The notes: a model not told the origin generated them from the letters alone. A stretch of 64,000 nt of DNA from an uncultured Gemmatimonadales bacterium (GCA_963823035.1 CAWGKG010000010.1:224001-288000), one strand, 5' to 3'; shown: positions 1 to 11,349, counted from the stretch's first letter. Program-made: numbers and translations.

Positions 1-1554
1 AAGTCGGTGTCGCGCACGTCCGACGAGACGTTCAGCGTGATGCCGATCGTGCCGGTCACCTCGACGCCTTCGGTGAGCGGCTCCGACGTGTAGACGAGGA
101 TGTCCTGCCGCTCCTCGCTCTGGCGCTGGTCGAGGGCGCCTCCCTGCACGGCGTTGCCCGTGCAGCACACGTTACCGCCGTGCGACATCACCGGGTCGAA
201 CGGGTCGTAGGCGAAGCTGATCCGGGTGGTCGGCGCCCGGCCGCTTGGTGGTCAGCACGCCGTCACCGTTGAGCGTGTTCGCCCGGCCGCCACTGTCGAG
301 GTACCAGGTGACCGGTACGGCGCTCTTCGGGGGCCAGGCGTCGGCGGTCTTCCACTCGTTCGAGCCCATCGTGTAGTAACGCACGCGCGGCAGGGTATCG
401 AGCAGTCCGTTCTGCTCACCCTTGAGGAAGTGGTCGAACCAGCCGTACACCAGAGCGTCGTAGTCCCAGCGCGCGTCGCCGACGCTGCGCTCGCCGACGA
501 TGGTGTTCTCCGTGGCCCGCGTGTAGGAGCAGTGCAGCGTGGGCGCGATGATCGCGTACTGGTTGGCGCGCGCCTCGGCGGTCTCGGCGTCGGCGAGCAC
601 GTGGTTGAAGAGCGCGAGGTTCGGACCCGTGGACACGTCGTACCACGACATGAACCACAGCGCCGGCTTGTTGAACGGCATGTCGTCGTGGTACAAGCCG
701 CCTTCGTACCAGGCCGGGTCGTCCGGGGTGCGCTTGATCATCTTCTCGAACGGGCCGTCGTTCCCCTCCACGCTCGAGAGCAGGTCGACGAGGGGGAGGT
801 GCTTCAGCTGCTCCGCCCAGTCCACGCCCGGCATCTCGGGCGCGAGGTCGAAGTAGCGCGAGACGCGCGCGCGCTGTTCCTGGGTGAGGTCGGCGGGGAA
901 CATCGGTCGGATCCCGTCCTGGACGCCGTACAGCCAGGCGAAGAAGAGCATCTGCTCGGCGCCGCCCCGGTACCAGTTGCCCTGCTCGTACCACTTGCCG
1001 ATGCGGCCCACGCCCGCGCCGAAGCCCTCGGCCACCAGCGTCGTGTGCGCCGGGTGGTCGAGCGACGCCACGCCCATCTGCCACTCCGCGGTCGAGGAGC
1101 AGCCGAGCGTGCCCACCTTCCCGCTCGACCACGGCTGCTCGGCCATCCACGTGAAGGCGTCCGCGCCGTCGGTGAGCGGCGGGCCCAGGATGTCCCACTC
1201 CCCCTCGGAGAAGAAGCGGCCACGCTCGTTCATGACCACGTAGGCGTAGCCGCGCCGGACCGCCTCCCACGCCGACTGGTACGTCCGGGGGCTGAACTCC
1301 CCGTCGCGCCAGGAATTGAAGTTGTAGGGGGTGCGGGAGAAGATGATCGGCACCGGCGCGTTCGTCTTCGGACGGTACACGTCCGCGGCCAGGCGGACGC
1401 CGTCGCGCATCGGCACCATCACCTTCTGCTCGATGATCGCGTTGGCCTCGAGCTGCGCGCGCACGTCCTCGCCGCCGGTCTGCGCGGCGAGGGGTGGCGC
1501 GAGTGGGGCGGCGGTGGCGAAGGCGAGGAGGAGGTATGCGGCGGAGCGTTTCAT
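1..1554 (-). CDS. CocE/NonD family hydrolase (peptidase S15-like), secreted; 3' end runs off window; frameshift near 220
   Basis: ATG at 1554 ([19 protein letters not shown] signal peptide); [30 protein letters not shown], nucleophile region GCSSTA; C-terminal domain ([27 protein letters not shown]) continues in another frame below 220. Confidence 0.9.
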
Positions 1555-1712
1555 GGCGCCCTCTCGGAAAGCGAAGCAGCGTGGAACGCGACCCGCCACC
1601 CGAGGGCGGCGGGGTGCGGCCGGGAGGGGGGCCAACGGGGAAGATGCACGCCGCATCGGCGATCCGCGAGGGCTTGGCGGACACCGGCCCGGCGGGAGGG
1701 AGCGGAGGCGCG

Positions 1713-3219
1713 CTACGCGGACGGCCCGAACAGCTCCTTCACCGCGGGCTTGGTGACCTTCCCGAGCGCGTTGCGGGGGAGCTCGGCGACCACCCGCACC
1801 TCCTTCGGCACCTTCCAGGGCGCCAGGCGCTCCCTGGCGAAGGCGCGCAGCTCCTCGGGGTCGGGCCCCTCGAGTCCGGGCGGCGCCACCACCGCCGCGC
1901 ACACGCGCTCGCCCCACGCGGGTCGGGCACGCCGACCACGGCGCAGTCCGCCACCCGGGGGTGCGTGCGCAGCACGTCCTCGATCTCGAGCGCCGAGACC
2001 TTCTCGCCGCCCGTCTTGAGGATGTCCACCGACTCGCGCCCGAGGATCCGGTACGCTCCGTCCTCCACCACGGCGCGGTCCCCCGTGCGGAACCAGCCGT
2101 CCTCCGTGAACGCCTCCGCCGTGGCCTCGGGACGGCGCCAGTACTCGCCGAAGACGGCCGGACCGCGCACCTGGATCTGGCCGGCCTCGCCGTCCACGAC
2201 CGGGCGCTCCTGCTCGTCCACCAGGCGGACCTCCACGCCGGGGAGCGGCGAGCCCACGTGGCCCGGGCGTCGCTCGCCGTGGAGGGGGTTGGACAGCCCC
2301 ATCCCGATCTCCGTCATCCCGTAGCGCTCGAGGAGGCGCTGTCCGGTGATCTCCTCCCACCGCTCCAGCGTCGGTACCGGGAGGGCCGCCGAGCCGGAGA
2401 CCATGAGGCGCAGTCCGGCGGGCGCCGTCGCTCCATCGTGCGCCGCGTGTCCGCGTCGGCCGCCTCCCACGCGTCGATGAGCCTCCGGTACAGCGTCGGC
2501 ACGGCCATGTAGAGCGTGAGGTCCCCGCGCCCCAGGCGTGTCCACACCTCACGGGCGTCGAAGGCCGGGAGGATCTGGCAGACCCCGCCGGACCATAGCG
2601 CGCAGGTGAGCACGTTCACGATCCCGTGCACGTGGTGCAGGGGGAGCGTGAGGAGGATGTGATCGTTCTCGACCCATCCCCACGCCTCGACGAGGGCGCG
2701 CACCTGCGCCTCGATGTTGGCGTGCGTCGCGACCACGCCCTTGGGGCGGCCGGTGGTCCCGGAGGTGTAGAGCATCATGGCCCGCCGCCCGCGCTCCGGC
2801 GAAGGGAGCGCGGCCAGGGGGCCGTCCGCGAGCAGCGCCGGGGTCTGCAGGAGCGGAAGGCGCCGCTCCGCGGCGACGCCGGCGACGCGGTCGGCCAGGT
2901 CGGGGTGCGCGACGACCACCTCGGGCTCGGCGTCGTCGAGCACGTAGGCCAACTCGGCGGGGGGATGGGACACCGCGAGCGGCACGGCCACGCCGCCGGC
3001 GCGCCAGATGCCCCACTGCGTCGCGACGTGGTCCCATCCGGGGGGCACAAGGTAGCATACGCGCGCTTCCTCGAGGTCGTCGCGGCCCGCGAGGAGGCGG
3101 GTCGCGGCCGCCGCGGACGTCTTCAGGAGATCGTGGTACGTGAACACGCCCTCCGGCGCGACGACGGCGAGCCTGTCGCCATGTTCGCCTGCACGCTCGA
3201 ACAGCCGGATCGTCGCCAC
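1713..3219 (-). CDS. Acyl-CoA synthetase, malonyl-CoA synthetase (MatB/ACSF3)-like; frameshifts near 2420 and 1920
   Basis: AMP-binding motif [58 protein letters not shown] across three joined frames; GGAGG RBS upstream of GTG 3219. Confidence 0.85.
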
Positions 3220-3252
3220 GGTGAAGCCTCCCGTCAGCCTCGAGCGGTTCAG

Positions 3253-3278
3253 GATCTCGATGCCGTCGCATCGAGATC
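3253..3278. promoter_or_regulatory. Perfect 11-bp inverted repeat upstream of the acyl-CoA synthetase
   Basis: GATCTCGATGC-cgtc-GCATCGAGATC in the divergent intergenic region. Confidence 0.45.
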
Positions 3279-3448
3279 GACCCGGGGGGGAATGTAGCAG
3301 ACCGGGAACCTTGCGGCGGCGCCATGCGTACGAGAGTCTTCGTAGGGCGCAACCGTATCACGCTCCCGCGCGTCCTACTCTCGAAAACGCGCCGCCGACC
3401 CGCTTCCCCGCCGCGGTGTGATCGCCAACCGATGGGTGGAGGTGGGGC

Positions 3449-4750
3449 ATGCGGCTCGGACGGGTGTTGGGATGGTGGGTCCTGGTGATGGCGCTGGCGG
3501 GTCCGGTCGCCGCTCAGGAGCAGGGTGGCGCCGACGCCTTGAACCTGTTCTTCGACTGCCAGGGGTTCGGGTGCTGGGACATGGACTACTTCCGGCGCGA
3601 GATCCCCTGGGTGAACTGGGTCCGCGACCGCGAGGACGCCGCCGTGCACGTCCTGGTCACCACCCAGACCACGGGGGGCGGGGGACGGCATTACGTGCTG
3701 GCCTTCCTGGGGCGGAGCGCGTTCCAGGGCCAGGACCAGGAAATCGTGGTGAACACCCCCGGCGACGCCACCGAGGACGAGGTGCGCCGGGCCCTCGTGG
3801 CCCGCCTGCGCCTGGGACTGGGGCGGTACGTGGCTGCGACTCCCCTGGCCGACCGGCTCCAGGTCGTGGGCACGCCGCCCGGCCCCGGGGGTCCTCCCGG
3901 CCCGCAGCCGGGGGGCGCCCCCCAGGACGACCCCTGGAACTACTGGGTGTTCAACGTCCGCCTGAGCTCGAACCTCCAGGGCGAATCGTCGTACTCCACG
4001 TCGTCGGTCAACACCTCGGTGAGCGCCAACCGCACCACCGACGCCTGGAAGGTCGCCCTGACCGGACGCTACTACCGCTACACCCAGACCTTCGACCTGG
4101 AAGACGGGACCGACAAGTACAGCCGGGAGCAATGGAGCACCGACGGACTGGTGGTGAAGAGCGTCACCGACCGGTTCTCGGTGGGGATGAAGACGGGCGT
4201 CGGAAAGAACAGCTACCTCAATGAGGACTTCCGCTGGAACGTGTCACCCGGTGTGGAGCTGAACCTGTTTCCCTACTCGGAGTCGAGCCGACGCTCCCTC
4301 ACCGTCCAGGGGCTCGTGAACGTCCGCCACTGGGACTACGCTGAGCCCACGATCTTCCTCCAGAACGCGGAGACCCGGGTGGCGGCTTCCCTCACGTCGT
4401 CCCTCAACCTGGTGCAGCCGTGGGGCAACGTGACCTTCACCGCGGACCATTCCCGGTACCTCCACGACTTCTCCAAGTGGGAGGCCAGCCTGGAAGCCTA
4501 CTTCAACGTGCGCGTGTTCAAGGGCTTCTCGGTGAACCTGTTCGGGAACTACGGGTGGATCCGGGACCAGCTCTACCTGCCGGGGGGGGACTACACCGAG
4601 GCGGAGATCCTCCTTCGCCAGCGCGCGCTGGCCACCTCGTTCAGCTACTGGACGTCGTTCGGCATCTCGTACCGGTTCGGGTCGATCTTCAACAACGTGG
4701 TGAACCCACGGTTCGGGGGTGGCGGCAGCAGCGTGATGATCATCGGCTGA
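3449..4750 (+). CDS. Hypothetical secreted protein, probable outer-membrane beta-barrel
   Basis: 433-aa ORF with signal peptide; alternating aromatic beta-strand pattern; DDPWNYWVF; C-terminal ISYRFGSIFNNVVNPRF. Confidence 0.7.
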   Translation: MRLGRVLGWWVLVMALAGPVAAQEQGGADALNLFFDCQGFGCWDMDYFRREIPWVNWVRDREDAAVHVLVTTQTTGGGGRHYVLAFLGRSAFQGQDQEIVVNTPGDATEDEVRRALVARLRLGLGRYVAATPLADRLQVVGTPPGPGGPPGPQPGGAPQDDPWNYWVFNVRLSSNLQGESSYSTSSVNTSVSANRTTDAWKVALTGRYYRYTQTFDLEDGTDKYSREQWSTDGLVVKSVTDRFSVGMKTGVGKNSYLNEDFRWNVSPGVELNLFPYSESSRRSLTVQGLVNVRHWDYAEPTIFLQNAETRVAASLTSSLNLVQPWGNVTFTADHSRYLHDFSKWEASLEAYFNVRVFKGFSVNLFGNYGWIRDQLYLPGGDYTEAEILLRQRALATSFSYWTSFGISYRFGSIFNNVVNPRFGGGGSSVMIIG

Positions 4751-4789
4751 CGCCGGAGGATACGACCGAGGTCTTCGCCAAGCCCTGCC

Positions 4790-6677
4790 CTGGGGGTCTC
4801 CACCGCTCCTCTCGGCGCCACGCTGGTCCCCGGTGGAGCCGTGTTCCGCCTGTGGGCGCCCCGGGCCAGGAGCGTCTCCGTCGTGGGCGACTTCAACGGC
4901 TGGGATGCCACCGAGACGCCGCTGCACCTGGTGGGCGGCTCCTGGACCGGCTTCGTGCCCGGCCTCCAGGAGGGCGCGCAGTTCCTCTACTGGGTGGACG
5001 GCGCCGCCGGCCCGGGACGCAAGCGTGATCCACACGCTCGCGAGCTCACCTTCGAGCCGCCGTTCCCGAGCTGCAACTGCGTCCTTCACGATCCCGCGAA
5101 GTTCCCGTGGCACGACACCGGCTTCCAGACGCCGCCGTTCCATGAGCTGGTCTGCTATCAGCTACACATCGGCACGTTCCGCATCGGCGCCGGGGAGAGC
5201 GGCGGGAGCTTCACGGATGTGGTGGAGCAGTTGCCGCATCTGGCCTCGCTCGGCATCAACGCGCTGCAGCTCATGCCGGTGGTCGAATTCCCGGGCACCT
5301 TCAGCCTCGGCTACAACGGCACCGATTACTTCAGCCCCGAAAACGACTATGGGGAGCCCGACGAGCCGGGCGTCCAGAACTACTTCCATGCGCTGAACGG
5401 GCTGCTGGCCGCGCGCGACCAGGCGCCCTATCCATCCGCGGATATGCTCCGCGGGGCGGCGAATCAGCTTCGCGCCATGGTCGATCTGTGCCACGTCTAC
5501 GGGCTCGCGGTGCTCCTGGACGTCGTCTACAACCATGCCGGCGGCGGCTTCGATCCGGACAGCATGTACTTCCTCGATCGCATGGAACCGGGCGACAACA
5601 ACGACAGCCTGTACTTCACCGACCAGGGATGGGCCGGCGGCCTGGTCTTCGCATACTGGAATGCCGACGTGCGCCGCTTCCTCGTCGAAGAACGCCCAGA
5701 TGTTCCTCGCGGAGTATCACGTCGACGGTTTCCGCTTCGATGAGGCGAGTGTGATGGATCGCTACGGCGGCTGGAGCACCTGCCAGCAGATCAACGCCGG
5801 CATCGGCGCGGCCGATGCGAAGGCCATTCGGATCGCGGAGTACTGGCCGCCGAATGGCGCGGTGACACGGCCTGCCTCCAAGGGCGGCGCCGGATTCGAC
5901 GCCACCTGGAACGACCGCCTGCGCGATGCCGTGCGTTCCGCGGTCGGCGCCAGCTCCGGCGGGTCGGGCGCCTCGGTCGACCTGAGCGCGGTGGCGGATG
6001 CCCTGCGGTTCCGCCCCACTCAGGACTACTGGCGCCAGGTGAACTGCGTGGAGAATCACGACATCGTGAAGTTCGACCGTGGCCCGCGCATCCCGGCGCT
6101 CGCCGATCCCTCGAACAGCCGCTCCTGGTATGCGCGCAGCCGTTCCCGCTGGGCTCTGGGCATGCTGGCGGCTGCGCCCGGCATTCCCATGCTGTTCATG
6201 GGCCAGGAGTTCCTCGAAGACAAGCGCTGGAGCGACGACCCCGACGGAGGCGGCGTTCCGGGGTGGGGCAGCCTCGAGAGCGGCGTGAGGGAGATGGCCG
6301 ATTTCCTCCGTTTCACGCGGGAGCTGCTGGCGCTGCGCCGGCGCCAGCCCGGCCTCCGCGGCGAAGGGCTGAACGTGTTCCACGTCCATGACGCCAACCG
6401 CGTGATCGCCTTCCAGCGCTGGGTCGAAGGGGAGGGAAGGGACGTGGTGGTCGTGGCCAGCCTCAACGAGTCCACCTTCTGGGGCTACGAACTCGGCTTC
6501 CCCGGCGGCGGCCGCTGGCTCGAGGTGTTCAACGGCGACGTCTACGACACATGGCCCAACCCCATCGCGGCCGGCAACGGTGGTGGGGTGACGGCTTCGG
6601 GTCCCCCCATGCATGGCTTGCCGGCATCGGCGCGGATCGTCATCCCGGCAAACTCGGTCCTGATCTTCGGCCGTTAG
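4790..6677 (+). CDS. GH13 alpha-amylase family protein (branching enzyme/trehalohydrolase-like, N-terminal CBM48); start uncertain; frameshift near 5690
   Basis: FRLWAPRARSVSVVGDFNGW, YQLHIGTF, LDVVYNH, catalytic DGFRFDE / IAEYW / ENHD, GIPMLFMGQEF. Confidence 0.88.
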
Positions 6678-6737
6678 AGGGGGCGGAAGAACCGGGTCAT
6701 CTCGTCGCGACGACTCGGGGGCCGGGGCCGCCGGCCT

Positions 6738-7513
6738 CTACCCGAAGAGCGCCCGGATCGTCACGAACACCACGGACGGCCCGAGCAGGCAGCCGAGCCC
6801 GGTGTAGAAGGTGGCCGTCATCGCGCCGTACGGCACGAGCCGCTCGTCCGTGGCGGCCAGCCCGCCCGCGACGCCGCTCGTGGTGCCCATGAGGCCGCCG
6901 TAGACCAGCGCGGAGCGCGGGTTGTCGAGGCCGATGAAGCGGGCCACGAACGGCGTGCCGGTCATGACCATCATCGACTTCACCAGCCCGGCGGCGATGC
7001 TGAGCGCCACGATGTCCGAGGGCGCGCCGATGGCCGTGCCCGTCACCGGGCCCACGATGTAGGTGGCGGCGCCCGCTCCGATCGTCGTCATGGCGACGGG
7101 GTCGCGGTAGCCGAACGCCCACGCGACCGCCGCGCCCACGGCGAAGGAGCCGAGCACGCCCACCAGGAGCGAGACCGCGGCGCCCACGCCCGCCTTGCGG
7201 ATCTCGTCCAGGCTGACGCCGAACGCGGTGGCGATGATCGCGAAGTCGCGGAGCATCGCGCCGCCCAGCACGCCGACGCCCGCCAGCACGGGGATGTCGG
7301 CCAGCCCCTGCGTGCCGCCCGTGGTCAAGTCCGCCTACCCACGCGAGCACGAGCCCGACGAGGATGGCGATCGCGGAGCCGTGGATGCGTCCCTTCGTCA
7401 GCCGGTCCGACACCAGGTAGGACAGCCACACCGTGATGCCCGACGAAGGCGAAGGCCGTGACCAGGCCGTTCGCCGCGAGGACCTTCGAGACGAGCGCCC
7501 AGGCGCCGCTCAT
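6738..7513 (-). CDS. madM: Malonate transporter subunit MadM; frameshifts near 7435 and 7330
   Basis: NGLVTAFAFVG, GRIHGSAIAILVGL, GGAMLRDFAIIATAFG, TYIVGPVTG, GLMGTTSGVAGGLAATD, PYGAMTATFYTGLGCL; start overlaps madL stop (ATGA). Confidence 0.9.
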
Positions 7514-7884
7514 CGCGGGCCCTCGTCCGGGGGCCGGCCGATCCGGGTCAGCACCGGCACGAGCAGGAAGCCGACGATCACCGCCAGCGCCCCCGCCAGG
7601 ATGGCCGCCGGACCGCCGCGCACGGCCGCGATCACGTTCTGCTTGGCCGCCATGGCCACCACGATCGGGATGTAGACGGCGCTCCAGAAGAGCACGCCCT
7701 GCTGCGTGAGCGGCTTCATCCCGCCGCGCCGGCGGAAGAGGTCGGAGAGCACGATGAGCAGGAGCATCGCGATGCCCACGCCGCCCACGTTCGCCTGCAC
7801 GCCGATGAGCACGCCGAGCGCCTCACCCGTGAAGAGGCCCACCAGCATGCAGGCCGCGAGCAGCGCCACCCCGTAGATGACCAC
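7510..7884 (-). CDS. madL: Malonate transporter subunit MadL
   Basis: MVIYGVALLAACMLVGL, ANVGGVGIAMLLL, FWSAVYIPIVVAMAAKQNV; 124 aa, hydrophobic. Confidence 0.92.
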   Translation of the reverse strand: MVIYGVALLAACMLVGLFTGEALGVLIGVQANVGGVGIAMLLLIVLSDLFRRRGGMKPLTQQGVLFWSAVYIPIVVAMAAKQNVIAAVRGGPAAILAGALAVIVGFLLVPVLTRIGRPPDEGPR

Positions 7885-7896
7885 GGAGCCGGCCTT

Positions 7897-10096
7897 CTAG
7901 GGCTTGTCGGTGGTGACGCCCCCGTCCACGAGCCAGTGCGTGAACCACTGGCGCAGGCGACCCAGCCGGTCCACCAGCAGCCAGGGCTCGCCCGTGCGCG
8001 ACAGGTCGTGGGTCGAGCGCGGGTAGCGGACGAACTCCACCGGCACGCCCTGCTTCCGCAGCGCGATGAACCACTCCTCGGCGCCGGTCATCGGCGTCCG
8101 GAAGTCCTCCTCGGACTGCACCATGAGCGTGGGCGTGCGCACGTTGGCCACGTGCGTGGCCGGCGACAGCTCGCGGTAGAGGTCGGGGTTGTCCCACGGC
8201 TTGCCGTAGAACTCGAACTCGGTGAGCCCCTGCGCGTCCGACGAGCCGTACCAGCTGAACCAGTCGCTGATCATGCGGTCCGTCTGCGCGGCCTTGAAGC
8301 GGTTCGTCTTCGTCGTGATCCACGCGGTCATGAAGCCGCCGTAGCTCCCGCCCGTCACGCCGATGTTGTCGGCGTCCACGTCCGGGCGCTGGATCGCGAC
8401 GTCCACGGCCTTCATCAGGTCCTCGTAGTCCTCCATCCCCCAGCGGCCGCGCGTCGAGTAGGTGAAGTCCGCGCCGTAGCCGCTGGAGCCGCGCGGGTTC
8501 GTGTACAGCACGAACATCCCCGCGCCGGTGATGTTGTGGAACTCGTCGAACCACCCCTCGCCGTACGCCGAGTGCGGGCCGCCGTGGATGTAGAGCACGA
8601 GCGGGTACTTCTTCCCCGCCTCGTAGCCGTACGGGTACTGCAGCCAGGCCTCGATCTCGAGCCCGCCCACCGAGGTGTAGGTGAAGCGGTCGGCCTTCGG
8701 CCAGGCGATCTCCGCGTTGAGCGGCGTCGTTGAAGCCGGTGAGCCGGCGCTCGTTCTTCCCGTCGATGTCGGCGACGAACAGCTCGGTCGGCTCGTCCAC
8801 GGACGTCGCCACGAACGCCACCTTCCGGTAGGCGTCGTCGTAGGAGAAGCCGTTGATGCGCCGCCGGCCCGACGACGACCTCCATGGGCGCGCCGCCCTT
8901 CGGATCCACGTGGAAGAGCGCCGTGCGCCCACCGACCGACGCGCTCATGGCGAGCTTCCCGTTCTTCATCCAGTCGACGCTCTGCGGCTCGTACTGCCAG
9001 TCGCCGAGCGCGTTGACGGGCTCGCGCGCCGCCCTGCGCGTCCACGATCCAGATGCGGTTCGACGAGGTGCGGGTCAGCGACGAAACGAAGGCGATCCGC
9101 TTCGAGTCGGGCGACCAGACCAGGCGCCCCTCGCTCCCGTTCATCCTGGTGACGCGTCGCGGCTCGCCGCCGGTGGCGGGAATCACGAAGACGTCCGCGT
9201 CGTTGCGCGGCTTCTCGTCGCGGTCCGCGTCGTAGGGGAGCTTCGCCAGGGAGTCGCGCTCGGCCTGCACCACCGAGTCGGGGCGCAGCTCCGGGTCGGC
9301 CACGAAGGCGATCCAACGCCCGTCGGGGGAGACCACGGCGTTCCGGTGCGAGTAGCGCGTGTCGGTGAGCTGCGTCTTGGCGGTGTCGCCGAAGGCCTGC
9401 CGCCAGATCTGCGCGGCGTTCCACTCGCGCGCCTCGCGCCGGTTCGGCAGGTAGCCGCGGCCGTTGCCCTTGAAGGGGAAGTCGACGATGTGGCGCCCGT
9501 CGAAGCGCTTCGGGTCGACCGGCTCGGTGATGCTCCCGAAGGGCGGCCGGGCCATCGGCTGCATGCGCGCGAACGGGTCGTCGTGCGCGGGGGCGACGCC
9601 TCCCCCTCACCCCCCTCCTCGTCGTCGTCGGCGCTCCGGGTGAACACCGCGAAGGACCCGTCCGCCGGCACGGAGCCCTGCGGCCATCCCTCGGGCTGCA
9701 CGGCCTCGCCGGAGGGCGAGCGGTCCATGCGCAGGGCCCAGGTGTTGCCGTCGCCCGCCCGGGCGCCGCGACGTGAAGAAGAGCCAGCTGCCGTCGTGGG
9801 ACCAGCGCGGGTTCGAGCTCTCCGTGCCGGGCGCCGTCAGGCGGACCGGATCGCCTCCGGCGGTCGGCACCATCCATACCTCGTTGTGCCGCTTGTTCCC
9901 GGCCTCGTCGATCGTCATGACCGTGAAGGCGACCCAGCGCCCGTCGGGCGACATCGCCGGCGAGGAGAGCGTGGTCAGCTTGTACCAGTCCTCCGGCGTG
10001 AAGGCGCGGCCCGCCGCGGAGGCGGCGGGTGATCTGGGCGGCGACGGGGCCGGCGAGGGCGAACAGAGCGACGAGCGTGGTGAGGGAGCGACGCAT
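7897..10096 (-). CDS. S9 family serine peptidase (acylaminoacyl peptidase-like), secreted; several frameshifts (about 9740, 9580, 9030, 8865, 8725)
   Basis: Signal peptide, SPDG propeller repeats, LYIHGGPH, NPRGSSGYG, GGSYGG nucleophile, SEEDFR, HDLSR. Confidence 0.9.
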
Positions 10097-10275
10097 GACC
10101 GGAACTCCGGTGGGCGTGGACGCACGGGTGCGGACGATCCGCTGAAGAGCGGACGCGAGATTAGCCGCGGGTCGCGGCCAGCGTCAACGACGGAGAGGCG
10201 CGGTGGCGGACACGGCGCCGTGCGGAGGTCCTGCGGAGGGTGCGTTCGCCCGACCGGGCGTTCAGGTCACGACGC

Positions 10276-10493
10276 TCAGGTGAAGCCGCCGCTGCCGCAG
10301 CTCCCGCCGCCCGAGAACCGCCGGAGCCCGTCCGGCTCCCGGCGATCACGTTCACGGTCGTGTAGGCGCGATCCACCTGGTTCGAGCCGCAGGTGGGGCA
10401 GGTGCGACCCTCCCCGGCGGAGTACGCGGACATGGAGAGGCGTACCTCGAAGGGGGCCCCGCATTCCTTGCAGACGAAATCGTAGCTCGGCAT
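10276..10493 (-). CDS. FmdB-family zinc-ribbon protein; probable frameshift near 10320
   Basis: MPSYDFVCKECG...TCPTCGS (two CxxC pairs); Gly-rich tail GGGSCGSGGFT in the adjacent frame. Confidence 0.8.
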
Positions 10494-10525
10494 GTATGAA
10501 ATAATATAGATAATTCGATGTAAGG
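10494..10525 (-). promoter_or_regulatory. AT-rich putative -10 element directly before the FmdB ATG (possible leaderless transcript)
   Basis: Minus strand reads ...GAATTATCTATATTATTTCATAC-ATG; TATTAT lies 7 nt before ATG; no SD. Confidence 0.5.
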
Positions 10526-10590
10526 GAAGGCCGCAGGGGGTGGTAGGACTTGCGGGGAACCGAGCCGTCGAGGGTGGCGAGCAGCACGGA

Positions 10591-11349
10591 CTACCGTCCG
10601 ACGTCCTGTCGCGCCAGGGTGGAGGTCACCTGGTTGGCGAGCAATTCGCGGACGAGAGGAATGCGGCTGGCCCACACCTGTCCCTTCACGTAGTCGATCC
10701 GCATGGACTCCGGTCGGAGGCCGGCCAGAGCGAGGAGCTCGCGGAATCGCCCCACCGTCATCTTGTTCAGTCCGCCCTCGACCTCTTCATATCGGGTCGC
10801 CCCATCCCGCACGTAGCGGCTGCGAACGGCCATCACGGCAGCCTCGGGGAAGACGTACTGCACCCACGGCACCTTGGTGAAGAAGTGCATGTGCGCCCCG
10901 TAGGGCGCCATCCATGTCGGGCAGAAGCTCATCAGGATCCTGCCTCCGGGGGCGAGGATCTCCCGCATCTGGCTGAGCACGCCGAGCGGGTCGGAGAAGT
11001 GTTCCATCGAATCGATCGACACGACCCAATCGACCGGCGCACTCGGCACATGACGGGTGAACTGCACGAGGTCGCCTCCTGGCGCGGTCCGACCCACCTC
11101 CAGAAGGCGCTCCTGGATGTCGAGCCCGACAACCGAGCAGCCAGCGCGTGCCAGCGCAATCGACAGAGCACCTCCTCCACAGCCGAAGTCGAGCACTCGG
11201 CCACCGATCATGGGCTTGAGCGCGTCCGGCCACCTCTCGGAGAACAGGCGCAACGCCTCGTCGGGATCGAGCGCATCCTCCCGGCCATCCACACTGCCTG
11301 GGGGCTTCGAGAGGAGCGTCAGCACCGCTTTGGAGAGTCCCGTGAACAT
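10591..11349 (-). CDS. Class I SAM-dependent methyltransferase
   Basis: ATG 11349 (MFTGLSKAV); VLDFGCGGG motif I, VVGLDI, SMEHFSDP, LAPGGRI. Confidence 0.85.
   Translation of the reverse strand: MFTGLSKAVLTLLSKPPGSVDGREDALDPDEALRLFSERWPDALKPMIGGRVLDFGCGGGALSIALARAGCSVVGLDIQERLLEVGRTAPGGDLVQFTRHVPSAPVDWVVSIDSMEHFSDPLGVLSQMREILAPGGRILMSFCPTWMAPYGAHMHFFTKVPWVQYVFPEAAVMAVRSRYVRDGATRYEEVEGGLNKMTVGRFRELLALAGLRPESMRIDYVKGQVWASRIPLVRELLANQVTSTLARQDVGR

Noticed and set aside
3342..3378. GTAG-initiated inverted repeat (GTAGGGCGC...GCGTCCTAC), with similar CGTAGGGC words at about 51512 and 61331, as a possible REP family
   Set aside because: Matches are only 8-11 nt, the other copies lack the palindrome, and no RAYT transposase is present
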